Numbered from the whole stretch's first letter, positions 24,728 through 37,884 are shown. The stretch: 63,986 bases of DNA, filler included, from Basidioascus undulatus (GCA_000826855.1; 5 parts of 5 records of this genome joined end to end with filler, not necessarily neighbours in it); one strand, 5' to 3'. Notes: generated by a model not told the origin, from the sequence alone. A program made the numbers and translations.

Positions 24728-25677
24728 CACTTCAACGTCCTATTCTTGCAACTGACTGTTGCACTTCGATACATTGGATATGTGGTCACTATATTGTTGA
24801 AGGAGTCTATCGTCGTGGTTGTTGTAGTGCTTAGACGCTCACAGCCCCCAGCGCTCGTTGCGCAAGCATTCGCCAGCTGACCCAATTCGACCTCTTGCCC
24901 CATGACGACTATGAGCACCACGCGATTCGTTTTCCCCAACGCACTGTTACCTTAAAGCCGCGCCACCCCTTCCTTCTTTTCCTTCTCCCCTCCATCCCTC
25001 GTCATCGTGTTACCCCCCCGTAGCACCCAAGCGCGCTCATGACCCCGAGGTGTGCAACATCATCCAGTGCGTCCTTTTGCCACGCGGGAGATGGCCGTAC
25101 GCTCTAGCGCGCTGCGTACTTCACCCTCGTTGATAACATGCGCGTTGGCAGCGCCGCCCCAGCGCGGCGCGCCCACGATCCCGCGCTCTTCCAGATCGCA
25201 GGCAGTGCAGTCTTCTCCCCTGACCGGAAGAACGACCGTGAAGAGGGCGAGATTCTGGTCGCTTCCGGGGTAATACAGCGTGTATAGAGCTGATTTATCG
25301 GGAAAACTCGTTGAATTCTGCTTCTCGATTTGGGCCTGTCGTGTGCATACTGGGAGTTACACCATGCGTGCCGTTGACAACAGAGCGGACTGGGTCCCCT
25401 CGCTGCCAGCAGACAGGCAGCGAACAGGATGTAGCTCGATTCAGGACCAGATCCTAACTAACGCGGGCGGCTCGTTTGTGAAACATTAGCAGTCTCGAGG
25501 AGAACACGTCCTGCAGCGTTAGCTGAGCTGACCACGAGCTGGACATGTGCGCCTGCGGAAGACTGTCCTTTCCTCTCCGCCCGACTCCCACCAGCACACC
25601 AAGCAAGACCCTCAAACGAATCCGAACAGAATAAAGAGATGTGTCATCCCTTCATCCTCCCTTCTCTCTTCCCCCAA

Positions 25678-25890
25678 TCAGCCCCTCCCTGGCCTCACCC
25701 TGCCCACAGCGCCCAAGCGCCCCGCATGTCGCTGCATCCCGCCCCGCAGCGCACCACTCCCGGCCGCTCCGCCGCCCCGCCCGCGAGATGACGCATATCC
25801 AGACGCGGGCGGGCTCGAGGGGCCGGAGCGCTTCTTCACGAACACGACGACCTCGCCGCGCGCGCCGGCGCGGCCGGTGCGACCGGCACG
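25678..25890 (-). CDS. Last exon of a DEAD-box RNA helicase (rest lost at contig end)
   Basis: cag|RAGRTGRAGARGEVVVFV corresponds to helicase motif VI. A Gly/Arg-rich tail runs to the stop at 25678. Confidence 0.7.
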   Translation of the reverse strand, partial: RAGRTGRAGARGEVVVFVKKRSGPSSPPASGYASSRGRGGGAAGSGALRGGMQRHAGRLGAVGRVRPGRG

Positions 25891-26052
25891 CTGGGGAACG
25901 CAAGAGTGAGAGTCAGTTTTCGGGTTGGGGGGAACGAAATGAGAGGGACGGGAAGGGGGAGGAGGGGGGTGTGAAAGAAAGAGGAGAAAAGGGGAGAAAG
26001 GTGGAGAGAGGGAGGAGGGGGAAGGAGAACGCACCGTCACCGAGGAGACGGA

Positions 26053-26152
26053 NNNNNNNNNNNNNNNNNNNNNNNNNNNNNNNNNNNNNNNNNNNNTTAA
26101 TTAATTAANNNNNNNNNNNNNNNNNNNNNNNNNNNNNNNNNNNNNNNNNNNN
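26053..26152. other. Artificial contig-joining linker
   Basis: N44-TTAATTAATTAA-N44. Confidence 0.97.
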
Positions 26153-26259
26153 GATAGGCGGTGCATCACCTCTCCCCCCTCCCCCCCCTTCCTACACACA
26201 CACTCGTGACAAGTCGCTGAAGCTGATGCTCGACGCTGCGCATGACTTCCCAACTTCAG

Positions 26260-26818
26260 ATGCCGCGCATCCGATGTCTTTTGCTCGCGGCATCGGCGCG
26301 AACTCGGCCTTGCTGGACGCCGCCAACCTGGGCGACCTGCTCACGCAGTGGCGGGAAGGGAAATTGTCAATCGACGAAGTGCTTCGGATATACGAGAAGG
26401 AGGTAAGCCCCCTTTGACGGTTGTTGACCGGTTGAAGCTCTTTGTTTCTGACGGTGTGCCCCTTTTTTAAGGCCCTTCCCCGCTCACGGTATGCCATCTT
26501 TCGATGCTCACAGCCGTGGCGTTGCTGACTTCCCTCAAGCGCTGCCGTCGAGCGTTCGCGCGAATCGCTGTTCATGCTGCACCGCGGCAGGCACGGTCTT
26601 GGTACTTTAAGAAATCTTGGTCTCGCCTTCGCTCGTGCAGGAGGCCCGGGTATGAAGCGGTCCATGTACCGCAAGGTGTGTGCCCTTCAACGCGTTCTTT
26701 ATACCGCTTCTTGCAAGCTCACACACGTTCAAACGTTTATTCAGGTTTTCGAGGGCCTGTAGATTACGAAGAGACATCTGACGCTGTGATATCCTCGTCG
26801 ACATTGTATACCTGCTAA
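26260..26818 (+). CDS. 3' part of an FAD-dependent monooxygenase (5' lost at contig start)
   Basis: (D)AAHPMSFARGIGANSALLDAANL is the GD motif, followed by LRIYEKE|ALPRSR. Spliced exons continue to the stop at 26818. Confidence 0.75.
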
Positions 26819-27916
26819 TAGTGTATGGTCTCGCATCTCCGCTTATTACAACTGTTGTGTCTGTGAATGTTCCGAGGCGCACGTTGAAAGCTAGGACTGG
26901 AACGCATTGTACCGGCCTCACGAAGCGTGACAGTCAAGGATATTTCTCTCTCACCGCTGTATTATCCTACCATTCCGTCTCAAATGATAGTATGTCTCAA
27001 AGGCCAACTTCGCAGCACTTGTGCTCGGAGGCAGTCCCCGGTGTTGTTCGGATATCCGCATCGTGCCCCTCCCCTTGGTGCGCATACTTGTTCGCCGCCG
27101 AGAGTTGTTGTAGACAGACGTCCAATATGAGGTGCTTGCGCCAACAAGGCAACGCATGCGATGAGCTCTAGGGACTACTCTTGGCCCAGTGTTGCTATTT
27201 GCTGCTATCTGTGGCCCATGCCAAGCGGACAAGAAGCAACTCCCCAGCCACCGCGCCTCGCCTCGCTGACCATCCCCGCCTGTGCCTCAGCGGCGTCTCG
27301 GCCCGGAGCGTTCGTTGTGGAAGATAATAAAACCTTGTTCCAGCCAACGTGAACCTGCGGCAAGGTTATAAGAATTGCAGCACGTGGGCGTAATATTCTC
27401 ATGCTGCTGCCTTGAAGCTCGCGGCTCGCTGCCGCCTGCACTAGCAACATGATTGCCGCTCCCGCTAAATTTTGAACGTCTTTCCAGCTGCCGCTAAAGA
27501 TAGATTTATATATGTCTGATGTTTGGAAAGCTTGAGACTGTGCATTGCTGTTGGCTGCAGTGTTGTACAGCGCGAGCCTGATCCGGACGATCGTGGAGAG
27601 TGACGTCTTCTGCCTATCTGAAGGCTTGGCTCATCCGCCAAGATGCATGCTCGCAAGTTGCCGAGGCTTCGCTCCCGTTCGCCTTGAGATGGATTGGCAT
27701 TTTGATAACTGGGTCGTTCCACCTTGAATTCCAACGTCTTCATCTCGGACGACGAAGACGCTACTCGACCGCTCACTAACCGACGCGCTCACCCTGTGTC
27801 GCAGCCTCTCGACAACCAACACCGCATACAACACACTCACGCACACCTCCCTCTCTTCACCCTCTAACGACTCCATTCTACCCGCCTGAGCACTCCTCTC
27901 GAGATCACACCTCACC

Positions 27917-30900
27917 ATGACCTCCAAGAAAGGTCCCTCGGACACCTCGTCCGGCACCGAGACTTTGACGCCTTCTAGCACTGGCCTGACGGGTACGTCT
28001 TCTTCCACAAGTGCGAGTCGGTGATGCGTAGGTTGAGAGAGGTGGAATCGTGTTGCCCAGTTGCGCCCCACACCATCGCGACCGAGAAGATCCTCAATGA
28101 TAACGATGTCGACCCGCTGCTTGGTCTTAGCACCGACAAGGCCAAGCAGTTGCTGGAGCAATATGGGCCTAACCGACTCAAACCGCCCCCGAAACCGTCC
28201 CCGATGAAGATCCTCGGCAGGCAAATTGCCAACGCGATGTGGTAAGTCTCTGTCTGTACTGGTGTTCACGGGGCTGGAACTGATGACAAGCTCGCAGTCT
28301 TGTCCTGTTGGCAGCCATGGCTGTGTCGGTGCGTTTGTTTTCTCGAAGCGATCGAGACCCAGTCGCTCATTCGCGTCTTGTCAAACCATCATAGTTCGGA
28401 ACCCAAGGTATGCCGAACGCTCACGCCACAAAATACGTAAGCTGACCTCCATTGGCTACAGACTGGATCGAAGCAGGCAAGTCTTCTCGCTGATCAGGCG
28501 ATGTCTTGCTCACCGCGCTTTGACGTGCCTTGCAGGTGTCATCGCCGCGCTTGTCACTATCAACGTCACTGTCGGCTTCACGCAGGAATGGAAAGCGGAG
28601 AAGACGGTGGCCGCTCTTGAATCGGTATGTTCCGTTTGCTCTACTGGGTTCGACGAATGCAGGGTTGACCCAGGGCCACTGCAGGTCGGAAGCCCGGTTG
28701 CCATCGTTATCCGCCATGACGCCGCGAAGCGTGGCCGCGAGGGTCGTGTGATGGAGCTTACGACCGACGAAGTGGTTCCCGGAGACATCATCCTCACGAA
28801 GATGTACGTACTTTATCTTCCAGCAAAAACGATATTGCCCTCATTTCTGTCGATCAGTGGCGACGTCGTCCCGGCCGATGCTCGTATCATCCCGGGTCAC
28901 ATCTCGAACCTGGAGGTGGACGAGGCGCTCCTGACGGGCGAGAGTCTGCCGGTCGCCAAGGTCTCCGAGCCCCTCGAGCAGGCGGACTGCCCCGTTGGTG
29001 ACCGTATCAACATGGTGTGTCTTCGCATCTACCCGGTCAACCCGAGCGCATTTGACTCCGCCTGTTCAGGTCTACTCCGGTTCTCAAGTTACCAAGGGAC
29101 GTGCTCGGGCTATCGTGACCGCTACCGGCATGAACACGGAGCTCGGCAAGATCGCGAACGCGCTTGACAGCAAGGCACAGACGAAGAACCGGGGTTGGAA
29201 GCGGACGTGGGAGAAGACCAAGGTACGCTGACTCTCTCCGTACCAATTTGGAGACTCGTGATCCCGACAGCAATTTCTTGTGTAATCAGATCGCTCTCGG
29301 TGTTGCCGGTACGACTCCTCTGCAAATTAAGCTCAACAAGCTGGCGTACCTGCTGTTGGCCCTTGCGATTGTCCTTGCTATCATCGTGCTCGCGTCAACG
29401 GCTTTCTCGGACGTGAGTAGGAAGGATTCTTGGAGCTGGGTTTAAAGCAGCAGCTGAATATCGATCCCATTGCTCTCCAGATCCCGGACTCGATTGCCAC
29501 GTAAATATCTGCTGTCCACCGCTTTGCACCCATGATGAGAGTACCGCTGACATTCGGCTGAGAAACTCCTCCCAGCTACGCGGTCGCAACGGTTGGTCTG
29601 GTCATTGCGCTCGTAGGCGGTCTCTTGAAGCTAACTCCCATCGAACTTGCCAGGCCATCTCACTGCTTCCGGCGTCTCTCGTTGCGGTCGTTTCGTTGAC
29701 TCTTGCCACGGCGAGCCGGGAGTTGGCGAAGCGGAACGCCCTTGTCAGGGTACGTGACGCGCTGCAGATCCCTCACCGGTCCCGGTTCTGACGTATCCTA
29801 AACCTGTAGCGCATGGATGCGGTCGAGACGCTGTGAGTCAGCTCATCTCGTCAATCAGCCACGCCCCGGCTGACAAGGTTTTCTATCTAGCGCTGGGCTT
29901 ACCGACATCTGCTCTGACAAAACCGGCACTATCACTGTGGGCCGCATGGTTCTGTAAGTGTCCTCCCGATACAAAGCACAATATGCATGCTCATACGGCA
30001 CCCCACAGCAAAAAGGCCTGGGTGCCGGTCGCATCGGCATCCCGCACCGAAGACGGCTCACGGGCATCTTACACCACCGAGTCCGGCCAAATCTACACTG
30101 TCGAGTCCGGTCGCGAGTAAGATTTGCGCACATACTTTTTTGTTTTCTCTCCAGCTGACCGGGGTGGCCCTTGGCAGCGCGTACTATCCCCGTGGTACCA
30201 TTCGTGCTCTGCACTCAGATGAGTCTCGCGATGTGGGCGACAACAGCAACCCTGAGAAGGAGGAATATGAAGACGACAGTGCGTATTCTATCAACTGTAC
30301 CTACAGGATACGACTGAACCCTTTCATCTTCCCTAGTCACCTCGGACGATGTTGTCCACGTCGATGATCTCGAGCCCTCGCTGCAAGACCTTGTCCAGTC
30401 CGCTGCGCTGAACAACATGGCCACCATCCACCACGGCGAGGAGGGCCAGGACTACCAGGCGAACGGTGACCCTACGGAGGTGAGTGGCACCCGAGAACCC
30501 TCCCATGCGATCGCTGCTGACCCGAAGCCCTCTCCAGATCGCGCTCCAAGTGTGAGTAATCTTTAAGGACCGGTTCCACAGGACTGTTGCTTAACCGACG
30601 GCCTTCAAGATTTGCACACAAGGCAGGACACGGAAAGCCCCACCTGTGAGTAGAATGCGTGATGCATGAGCTGAACCTGCTAGTACGTATGTTGACCTCT
30701 GCGAAACAGCACGCACCCTCGTCGCAAGCACGGCAGCGTCGCGAACAAGCCTCCGAATGCGCCACGTGGCGAGTCCCTCACTCGGATCACTAGCGGCGGA
30801 AGCGGTCACGTTGCGCCCCGCGCTCAGCTCGACGGTCACTACGAGATGCTGGTCGAACACCCCTTCGACAGCACGATCAAGCGAATGTACGTCCTGGACC

Positions 30901-33641
30901 GCAGCGGTGTGTGGCAGGTGTGTTGACATCCGCTTGCAGGGCAACTGCGTGGGAGTACATTCCAGCCAACCCGAAGGAGATGAGTTCGGAGCAAGACATT
31001 ATCATCTGTGCGTTGTGCAACCGGGCATGGGAGCCAGTTCGATGCGCTGACTGCTGCTGGGACTGCCAGACATGAAGGGAGCCGTGGAGCGCGTCCTCGA
31101 CCGCTGCACCCACATCGGTTTGGGAGAGAGCAAGGTGCCCCTCACCGAGCAGGACAAGGAGAACATCATCGCGAAGAGTATGTCTTCTCGTTTCAACTTG
31201 TGTGAAGTCGTTTCCTGACACCATTGTTGCGCAGTGGACGAGGCACGCTTTTTCACTTCTCGATATTGTACTTTGAGTTGGGCTAACGGGCCGTATCCGA
31301 CAGCTCGCCGAGGAAGGTCTCCGTGTACTCGGGCTTGCTGGCAAGGTGGCGCCGCACGACCAGAAGGAGCACATCAAGACCGCTAAGCGTGACGAGCTGG
31401 AGTCGGAGTGCGGATTCCTTGGCTTGGCGGGTATCTAGTGAGTCCTTCGTTGCAGCAGGAAGGGTACCGAATGAGCCCTGATAACTGTTTCCTTCCAGCG
31501 ACCCGCCCCGTGCCGAGTCGAAGGGCGCTGTCATGGACTCTCTTCGGGCTGGAATCATTCCTCGCATGCTGACTGGTGACCACGTAAGTCTAACATTCCG
31601 AGCATAGATCCCGTTCCAAGGCTAACAGTGCTACGACGCAGGCTGCTACTGCCTCGGCCATTGCGCTCAGCGTCGGCATCCTGTCGAAGAACCACCCCAA
31701 GAGCGCAGTCATGGTAGGTTCTCACTCAACCGCGGCGAACCGCATTCTTTGCTGAAACGCACCGCTCTACAGACCGGTCAAGAGTTCGACGCCCTCAGCG
31801 AAGAGGAAATTGACGCACTCCCTGAGCTTCCGGTGGTCGTTGCTCGCTGTGCACGTGAGTGAAACGTTGCCTCTTCCTTGGCGGCTGTAAGCTGAGCACC
31901 CATCTTGTGCAGCCGAGACTAAGGTCCGCATGGTCGACGCCATCCACCGTCGCAAGCGTGTTACTGTCATGACCGGAGATGGCGGTACGAGTCTTCACAC
32001 CACTTCGCGCGTGGAAGCCCTCGCTCACACTCCTCAACAGTGAACGATTCTCCCGCCCTCAAGCGTTCGGACGTCGGTGTCGCCATGGGTCTTAACGGTT
32101 CCGACGTCGCAAAGGGTGCCGCCGACATCGTCCTCGCCGACGACAAGTAAGACTTTGAAACGCGACTTGACCTCCGTACGCATGCTGACTGCCGGAATGA
32201 ACAGCTTCTCGACCATCGTCCGCGCCATCCGCAAGGGTCGCTCCGTCTTCTCTAACCTCGCCAAGTTCCTTGTTTACCTACTTTCCGGAAACGTCGCTGA
32301 AGTCCTCGTGCTGATGGTCGGCCTTTGTGAGTGGTGTCGGAGAGAGACGTATCCTATGACCCTGCTGAGTGCTTGCGTCACTCCAGCTGTCCGTGACGCT
32401 GAGGGAACGGCGGTGTACCCACTTTCGCCCGTTGCTGCTCTTTGGATCAAGTACTTTTTTGTAGTTTTGTGATCAGGACACTCCCAGGGCATCGCACTAA
32501 CATGCTGTACAACTTACAGCACGATCGCCGCTGGTCCCCCTGCCCTCGCGCTCGGTCTGGAGCCGACTGCGAAGGACGCTATGCAACTTGGTCCCGAGCA
32601 CTACAAGACCATGTAAGAACCTCTGCGTCAGACAAACTGAGAACCGCTGAAACCTACGGCGGTGCAGCTTCACGCCTACCTGGTTCATGGACCTGTTCTT
32701 CTTCGGCATCCTCATGGGCGCGCAGACATTCGCCAACTTCATGTACGCCTCTTTTTTTGCTCCCCCTGAGATGCGAACTCACACTTTCCATTCCGACAGT
32801 ATCGTCCTTTACGGTATCGGCGACGGCGCGGCCGACATCGGGCTGCGTTGCAACGATGGCTCTTTCACCGATGACTGCGTAAGCTTTTCAGCTGCAATCG
32901 TCGTATTTGTCGCCCTGGATATTAACCTGTCCGGTTATCCAGCTTATTGTCTACCGTGCTAGGGCCTGCGCATTCGCGACCATGACGATCCTGCTCATGG
33001 TTCACGCTCTGGAGGTAGGTCGATACTCTCGCCGTATGAAGAGAGCTGGCGCTCACGAAAAGTTGCTGCCTTACAGTGCAAGCACTTGACGCGGAGGTTC
33101 GTTACGCTACCTGACTGCACAGTAGATAATTAAAGGCTCATTCTCCGCCGCACATTGCAGTCTCTTCCAAATGACCCTCAACGACAACCGCCTGCTTCTG
33201 TGGTCCTCGGGCGCCCTGGCTCTCACTGTTTTCCCGTGAGTGTTCAGTCCTCCATCCCCCGAAGTTCCTGCCCAAACGATCCCCGATTCAGTGCTATCTA
33301 CATTCCCACCATCTCCGACTACGTATTCCAGGTCAAGGCTATCGGCTGTTCGTCCTCCTCTCCATCCCTTCTCCTTCTCGCAGCGGTGTCTCACGCTCTG
33401 ATCCTTGTACGCAACAGACGAGTGGGGCTTCGTCTTTGCGCAGGTCCTCTTCTACCTCATCTGCGCCGAGGCGTACAAGTTTGTCCGCCGGCGCATCCTC
33501 CGCAGGCAGCTCAACCAAGGCGGCGACGAGGAGTCCAACACCGACGAGCCGGGCCGCGTCAAGTTCGGGAAGGGCGAGAAGGGCGACAGGGACGACCGGC
33601 AGTTCCGCCTCGCGGACACGATCGAGCCGTCGAACGTCTGA
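27917..33641 (+). CDS. ENA1: ENA-type (P2D) Na+/K+ efflux P-type ATPase
   Basis: [46 protein letters not shown] (phospho-Asp at ~29916), GDPTE, MKGAVE, MLTGDH, MTGDGVNDSP and LLSGNVAE. About 39 introns counted by eye. Confidence 0.93.
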
Positions 33642-34729
33642 GGTTCGGAGAAGAGGTGAAGAGGGGAAGTGTTTGCATCGTCTACGGACAGCGCAGTATC
33701 CGGTCGGCGGAATTGGGTTCTGGGTTGCTCGGGGCGCCGCACAACGCGGCGGAGAGTCAGCTGGTAGACTCGGAGACCGGCGATGCAAAGGAGGGAACGA
33801 CTTTTCGCATTTCTCCTTTTCCTCGGGGCGACTCAGATTGCTCATTAATGAATGGAATATCACCTTTCTGTACTGTGGCATTTAACATGGAACCACTTTT
33901 CAAAAGGCAATCTGTGTGCTCGAATGGTTTGTGAGTCGGGTGTTTTTATCTCCTCGTCATAGCTTTGACCTGCAGCTTGAGGTAGCCAACTGACCTTCTC
34001 AGGCTTATCGTGCGGACAGCTTGATTCAACGAAGATGGTTCTTGAGGCCGGTTGCCTTTCAATTTCTCATACTTCCCATTGCTCACGTCCAACATGGTGG
34101 ATATTTTAGGATGAACGCACAAAATAATACTGTGAGGGAAAGAAAAAGGCAGGTAAAGGCTGAAAGGCGGCACAATGACAAGGCCTAAAGGTGTCCGTCG
34201 GGACCGCAATACCTACGTTGCCGGCAGGCTACATCGCATCTAAGTTAAAAGACATGCAAGGCACGCATTTTACCAAAAATCATCAGGGCTTGGTCCTTCG
34301 TAGATGCGACATGAACGTCCGGCCACCATCCACGCGAGCGTTGCGTTTCAGACCGGCTGACTCAGTGCTTCCGCCCACAGACATTCTGACATTCTCGCTC
34401 CTCTTCCCTCGAGATACTCCAGTGTGACACCTCCCCGAGCTTGGTACCTCCCTCTAGTTCAATCTTCGTGAACGAGGAGCCAGCCCACCCGGAGATTGAA
34501 TGTTTTCGCCACCGAGCGAGGGTATAATAAGGGGGTCGACCCCCAACGCAACTCTCCCTCACGCATTCTCAGCCACCTACCTCTCTCACTTGAGCCACCA
34601 TACCCCCGACTCTTAACAAGACTGTCGAGCCCTCGTGAGGTATTAGGGTGAGACTACCTCGCCTCTCTGGATTCCCTCCCCTCTCAGACGGTATGCTGAC
34701 TCGCTCGCTTGGTCGCACAGCGCCCCCCG

Positions 34730-35125
34730 ATGGACTGGGACGAGGTCGTCCGCATCCTGGAGCCTCAGGTCAACGACCCGGCATTCCAGGCCGAGTGGGC
34801 TTTGATGAGTCTTATTCACCTCATATTCTCCAATATAAAAACGAAAGTTCCCTCACACGCGCCTATGCATGCACAGCTCTTGACTCTGCCCCCCGCGCGT
34901 TCTGTCCAGCCGACCCAGCTCACTTGCTGCGGCGCCCCCGACGTGCTCTCCCCCTCTCCGAGCACTTCCTCCTCTTCTTCCGCGGTCTATGAGGAGGAGG
35001 AGTCCATCCCGTCGCCGGACGTTTGCCCTCAACTCCCGCTTCTCTCCGTCCGACCCTGCCGCCGAACCGTGGCCACCGTCGGGCTCTTCGACAACGCGCA
35101 GGAGCGGCTCCGTCTCATTTCTTAA
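34730..35125 (+). CDS. Small orphan protein (~100 aa), spliced
   Basis: TATAATAA at ~34523, a likely 5'UTR intron ending at 34720, ATG at 34730 (MDWDEVVRILEPQVNDPAFQAE), a probable intron, then a Ser/Pro/Glu-rich exon to TAA 35125. Confidence 0.5.
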   Translation: MDWDEVVRILEPQVNDPAFQAEWALMSLIHLIFSNIKTKVPSHAPMHAQLLTLPPARSVQPTQLTCCGAPDVLSPSPSTSSSSSAVYEEEESIPSPDVCPQLPLLSVRPCRRTVATVGLFDNAQERLRLIS

Positions 35126-36336
35126 TTTTGTTCTCGGGTTACGGGAGGGGCCATGGAGGGGGTTTGATTGCTCTTTCCGGAGTGTGATGTCTGAATGTTG
35201 TACATTAGTTGAACTCGATGTTGTGTAATGCTCGAATCTCCCTGTTTGAAACAAGGCACTCTTATCAAGCCCGTTTTACCAGTTTCTTAAAGGAGAAACA
35301 CGCGCGTCGAGTTCAACTGCAAGTTATAGATAGTGTCAGGAGGAGAGCTTGAGCTCGACACGTAGCGTCCATTTTCGCAAGTTGGCTCCGCGCAGATCCT
35401 GAGCCCTCTCCCATGTGCATAGGACATCTGCGGCGAACGAGGACAGCGTTGACCGAGATTTTGTACTTGCAAAAGCTTCTTTTTCATGTCAAGAGCAACT
35501 ATCATATTCCGGTTCACGATCGGTGGGTCTTTCTTCTCCATGCATTGAGGAGCTTCCCGAGCCTTCAACATACGTCGCCGTCCGCCTCGGACAGACTTCT
35601 TCTAGTAGCCGACCTGTATGATTCGAAAAAATGGAAATATTTATATCGTCTTAAGTGAAGTCATTATGGACTCTCGCTTTCGGGGACCGTTATCGGCCGT
35701 CTCGGTGCGCAACGCTCCTCGCAGAAATGCGGCTGTGTCGCTTTCGTTAAAGCACGGAAGACACTCCGTTTTCACGACTATTCAAGCTTGCTGAAGTGTT
35801 AGGAGGTATCTGGACGATGCTCGAGTGCCATCGTAAAACGGCCAGGCCAGCTTCACCTCGATGGCACTCGTCCGTGAAAGACTCGGACAGTCGAAAACCT
35901 GCAAGAACTGACGTTGCATCGGTTCTGCATAGACTATCACTTTTCCCGTGCCGAGGTGCAACTGATTGAGGGTACCAGCTCGAAAACGTCCTTGTCTGGG
36001 TCTCGGACGGAAAAAGGTCGTCCGGCGCTGCTTTTATTCGAACTGTGCCGGCCTTCCGCACGCCGACCACCGCCTCCTCGAAAGCATCCCGAAGAGTCGT
36101 CCGTCCTTCTCCCTTCGTCCATCGCTCGCCGCCGTTGAAGGGATTCTCAAGAACGATGGGCTTCTTGCCACTCGTTTGCCACTCAACCATCAATACTGTC
36201 TCAGTCGTTATTTGATTCACCCCCTCCTCCCCCACACCGCCCGCGTCTGCCTTATCGAACAAAAACAGCGAGCCCAGGAACCGCACGCAGCGCTCCCTCA
36301 ACCCGAGCCTCGAGTCACCTCGAACAACTCGTCAAA

Positions 36337-36696
36337 ATGGCTACTACCCGCAAAACCGTCCGTCCCCTCTCCCCCCCCACAAGCTCCTCAGCTCAGGACA
36401 ACACCGAACTGACTTTGGGAGACGACGTCAGTGCAACCCCTCCCCAGCAATCTGCAGCGCCTGCCCGCTCGCCTGCTCGCGCTCGCAAGCAGCGCCGGCG
36501 CTCAGCATCGGGAGCGGCTTTAGCGGGGCGGGCGGGACGCCCGCGCATGGGAGGTGGGTCTCTTCCCTTCCTCTTTCCACTTCCACTTTCAAGTCCGGAT
36601 GCGAGGCTAATGCGGGGAGGCTGACGGGGTAGTGGGCAGGACGGGAAAGGGAAGAAGGACGGGGAAGGGGGGAAGGGGATTGATCTGGCTTGGTGA
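36337..36696 (+). CDS. Possible ~70-aa orphan protein, three exons
   Basis: AAAATG context, MATTRKT|gtccgt..cag|CNPSPAICSACPLAC..|gtgggt..tag|..KGIDLAW*. The last acceptor is ambiguous. Confidence 0.3.
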
Positions 36697-37077
36697 GGGT
36701 TTAAAGTAGGGGGTGTAGGAGAGGATAGAGAGGACAAGAGGGTGGAGAGGAGCGGAGGGAGGGGAGGTCGTGTACTTTCGTCGAGTTTGTAAGCTAGTTG
36801 GGTTTGCGTTAATGCGAGGTCGCTGTGCGACTGCCGTGCCGTCTGGGTTTTGGGAGCTCTGTTCGAGAGAAATGGAGCGGCATTTGGAGTCTCCAAGGGT
36901 GTGAGACTGTGTGCTGAAAGTTCGAAGGATCAGGAGGACGTGAGGTTCGCCCGTGCACCGCCCTTCCGTCTCCTGCAACGCACACCCCTTCTGTGCGGAA
37001 AAGTAATAATACACATCACCGGTACAAAAATCAGCGTCCTTGCCTTCCCCCTCCGCCCTCCCAGCCCCTTGGGCCGC

Positions 37078-37884
37078 CTACGCATCGTCCTCATCCTCGT
37101 CCTCGTCCGCCGCCTCCCCAGACGCCTTCACAGCCGCCGCCAGGTTCTCCACCTGTGGCTCGGCGGAGCCGCCCAGTCGTTGCCCTACACCACCCCACGC
37201 ACACAGAATTCAGTCGGCGCCGGGTGAAAGCGGAAGGAGAGGAGGGAAGAGGGAAGAGGGACAGTGGTGTGGAGGAAAGAGGGAAGAGGGACGCACGGAT
37301 GAGAGTGTGGATCGCACTCTCGTTTGCCCGGTCTAGCCGCGCGAGCTTCTTCCCCAGATCGCGCTTCAGATCCCAGTTTGGTTTTTTGGGCGCGATGTTG
37401 AAGAGGTCCTGTAGTCGCACCCGGATGTCAGTTCGCGTCGAGCCAGGTGGGGTACCCAGCATCACTTCTCCCCGGACGAGGTGTGGGAAGAGAGACGCAC
37501 GAGCTCCTCCTTTCTCCTCGCCTCATCTTCCGCAATGATCTTCTCCGCCAAGCCCTCCACGGCGCGCTCGACCGTGTCTTCCTCCGCGTCTGTCTTCTCC
37601 CTCTTCCGCGCCTCGCCCGTCGTCGGGTCGTAGTTCCGGAACTTGACAATGGCGGGACTGTTGATCGACCAGTGAGTTACCGTATGAGGGGAGAGAGTGG
37701 GATGGGAAGAACGCACGCTGATGAATCCCCGTCCGCTGCTCCATCGCCCTCCTGCTCCGTCTTGCGCTTGCGCAGCGCGAGCAGACGCGCCTTGCGCGAT
37801 TCGGAGGCGGCTTCGAGGGACCTGTGTGCCAGGGTCAGCATGCACCTGGAAATACAGCTCCCTTGGGGAGGCTAGGACGGACAT
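37078..37884 (-). CDS. CWF18: Spliceosomal protein Cwf18 / CCDC12
   Basis: MSLEAASESRKARLLALRKRK, KFRNYDP, DLFNIAPKKPNWDLKRDL..KLARL. Acidic tail ends at TAG 37078-37080. Confidence 0.9.

Noticed and set aside
35650..35760. GC-rich, possibly structured segment as an ncRNA or ribozyme
   Set aside because: No hammerhead core and no snRNA, SRP or RNase P/MRP motifs that I could identify.
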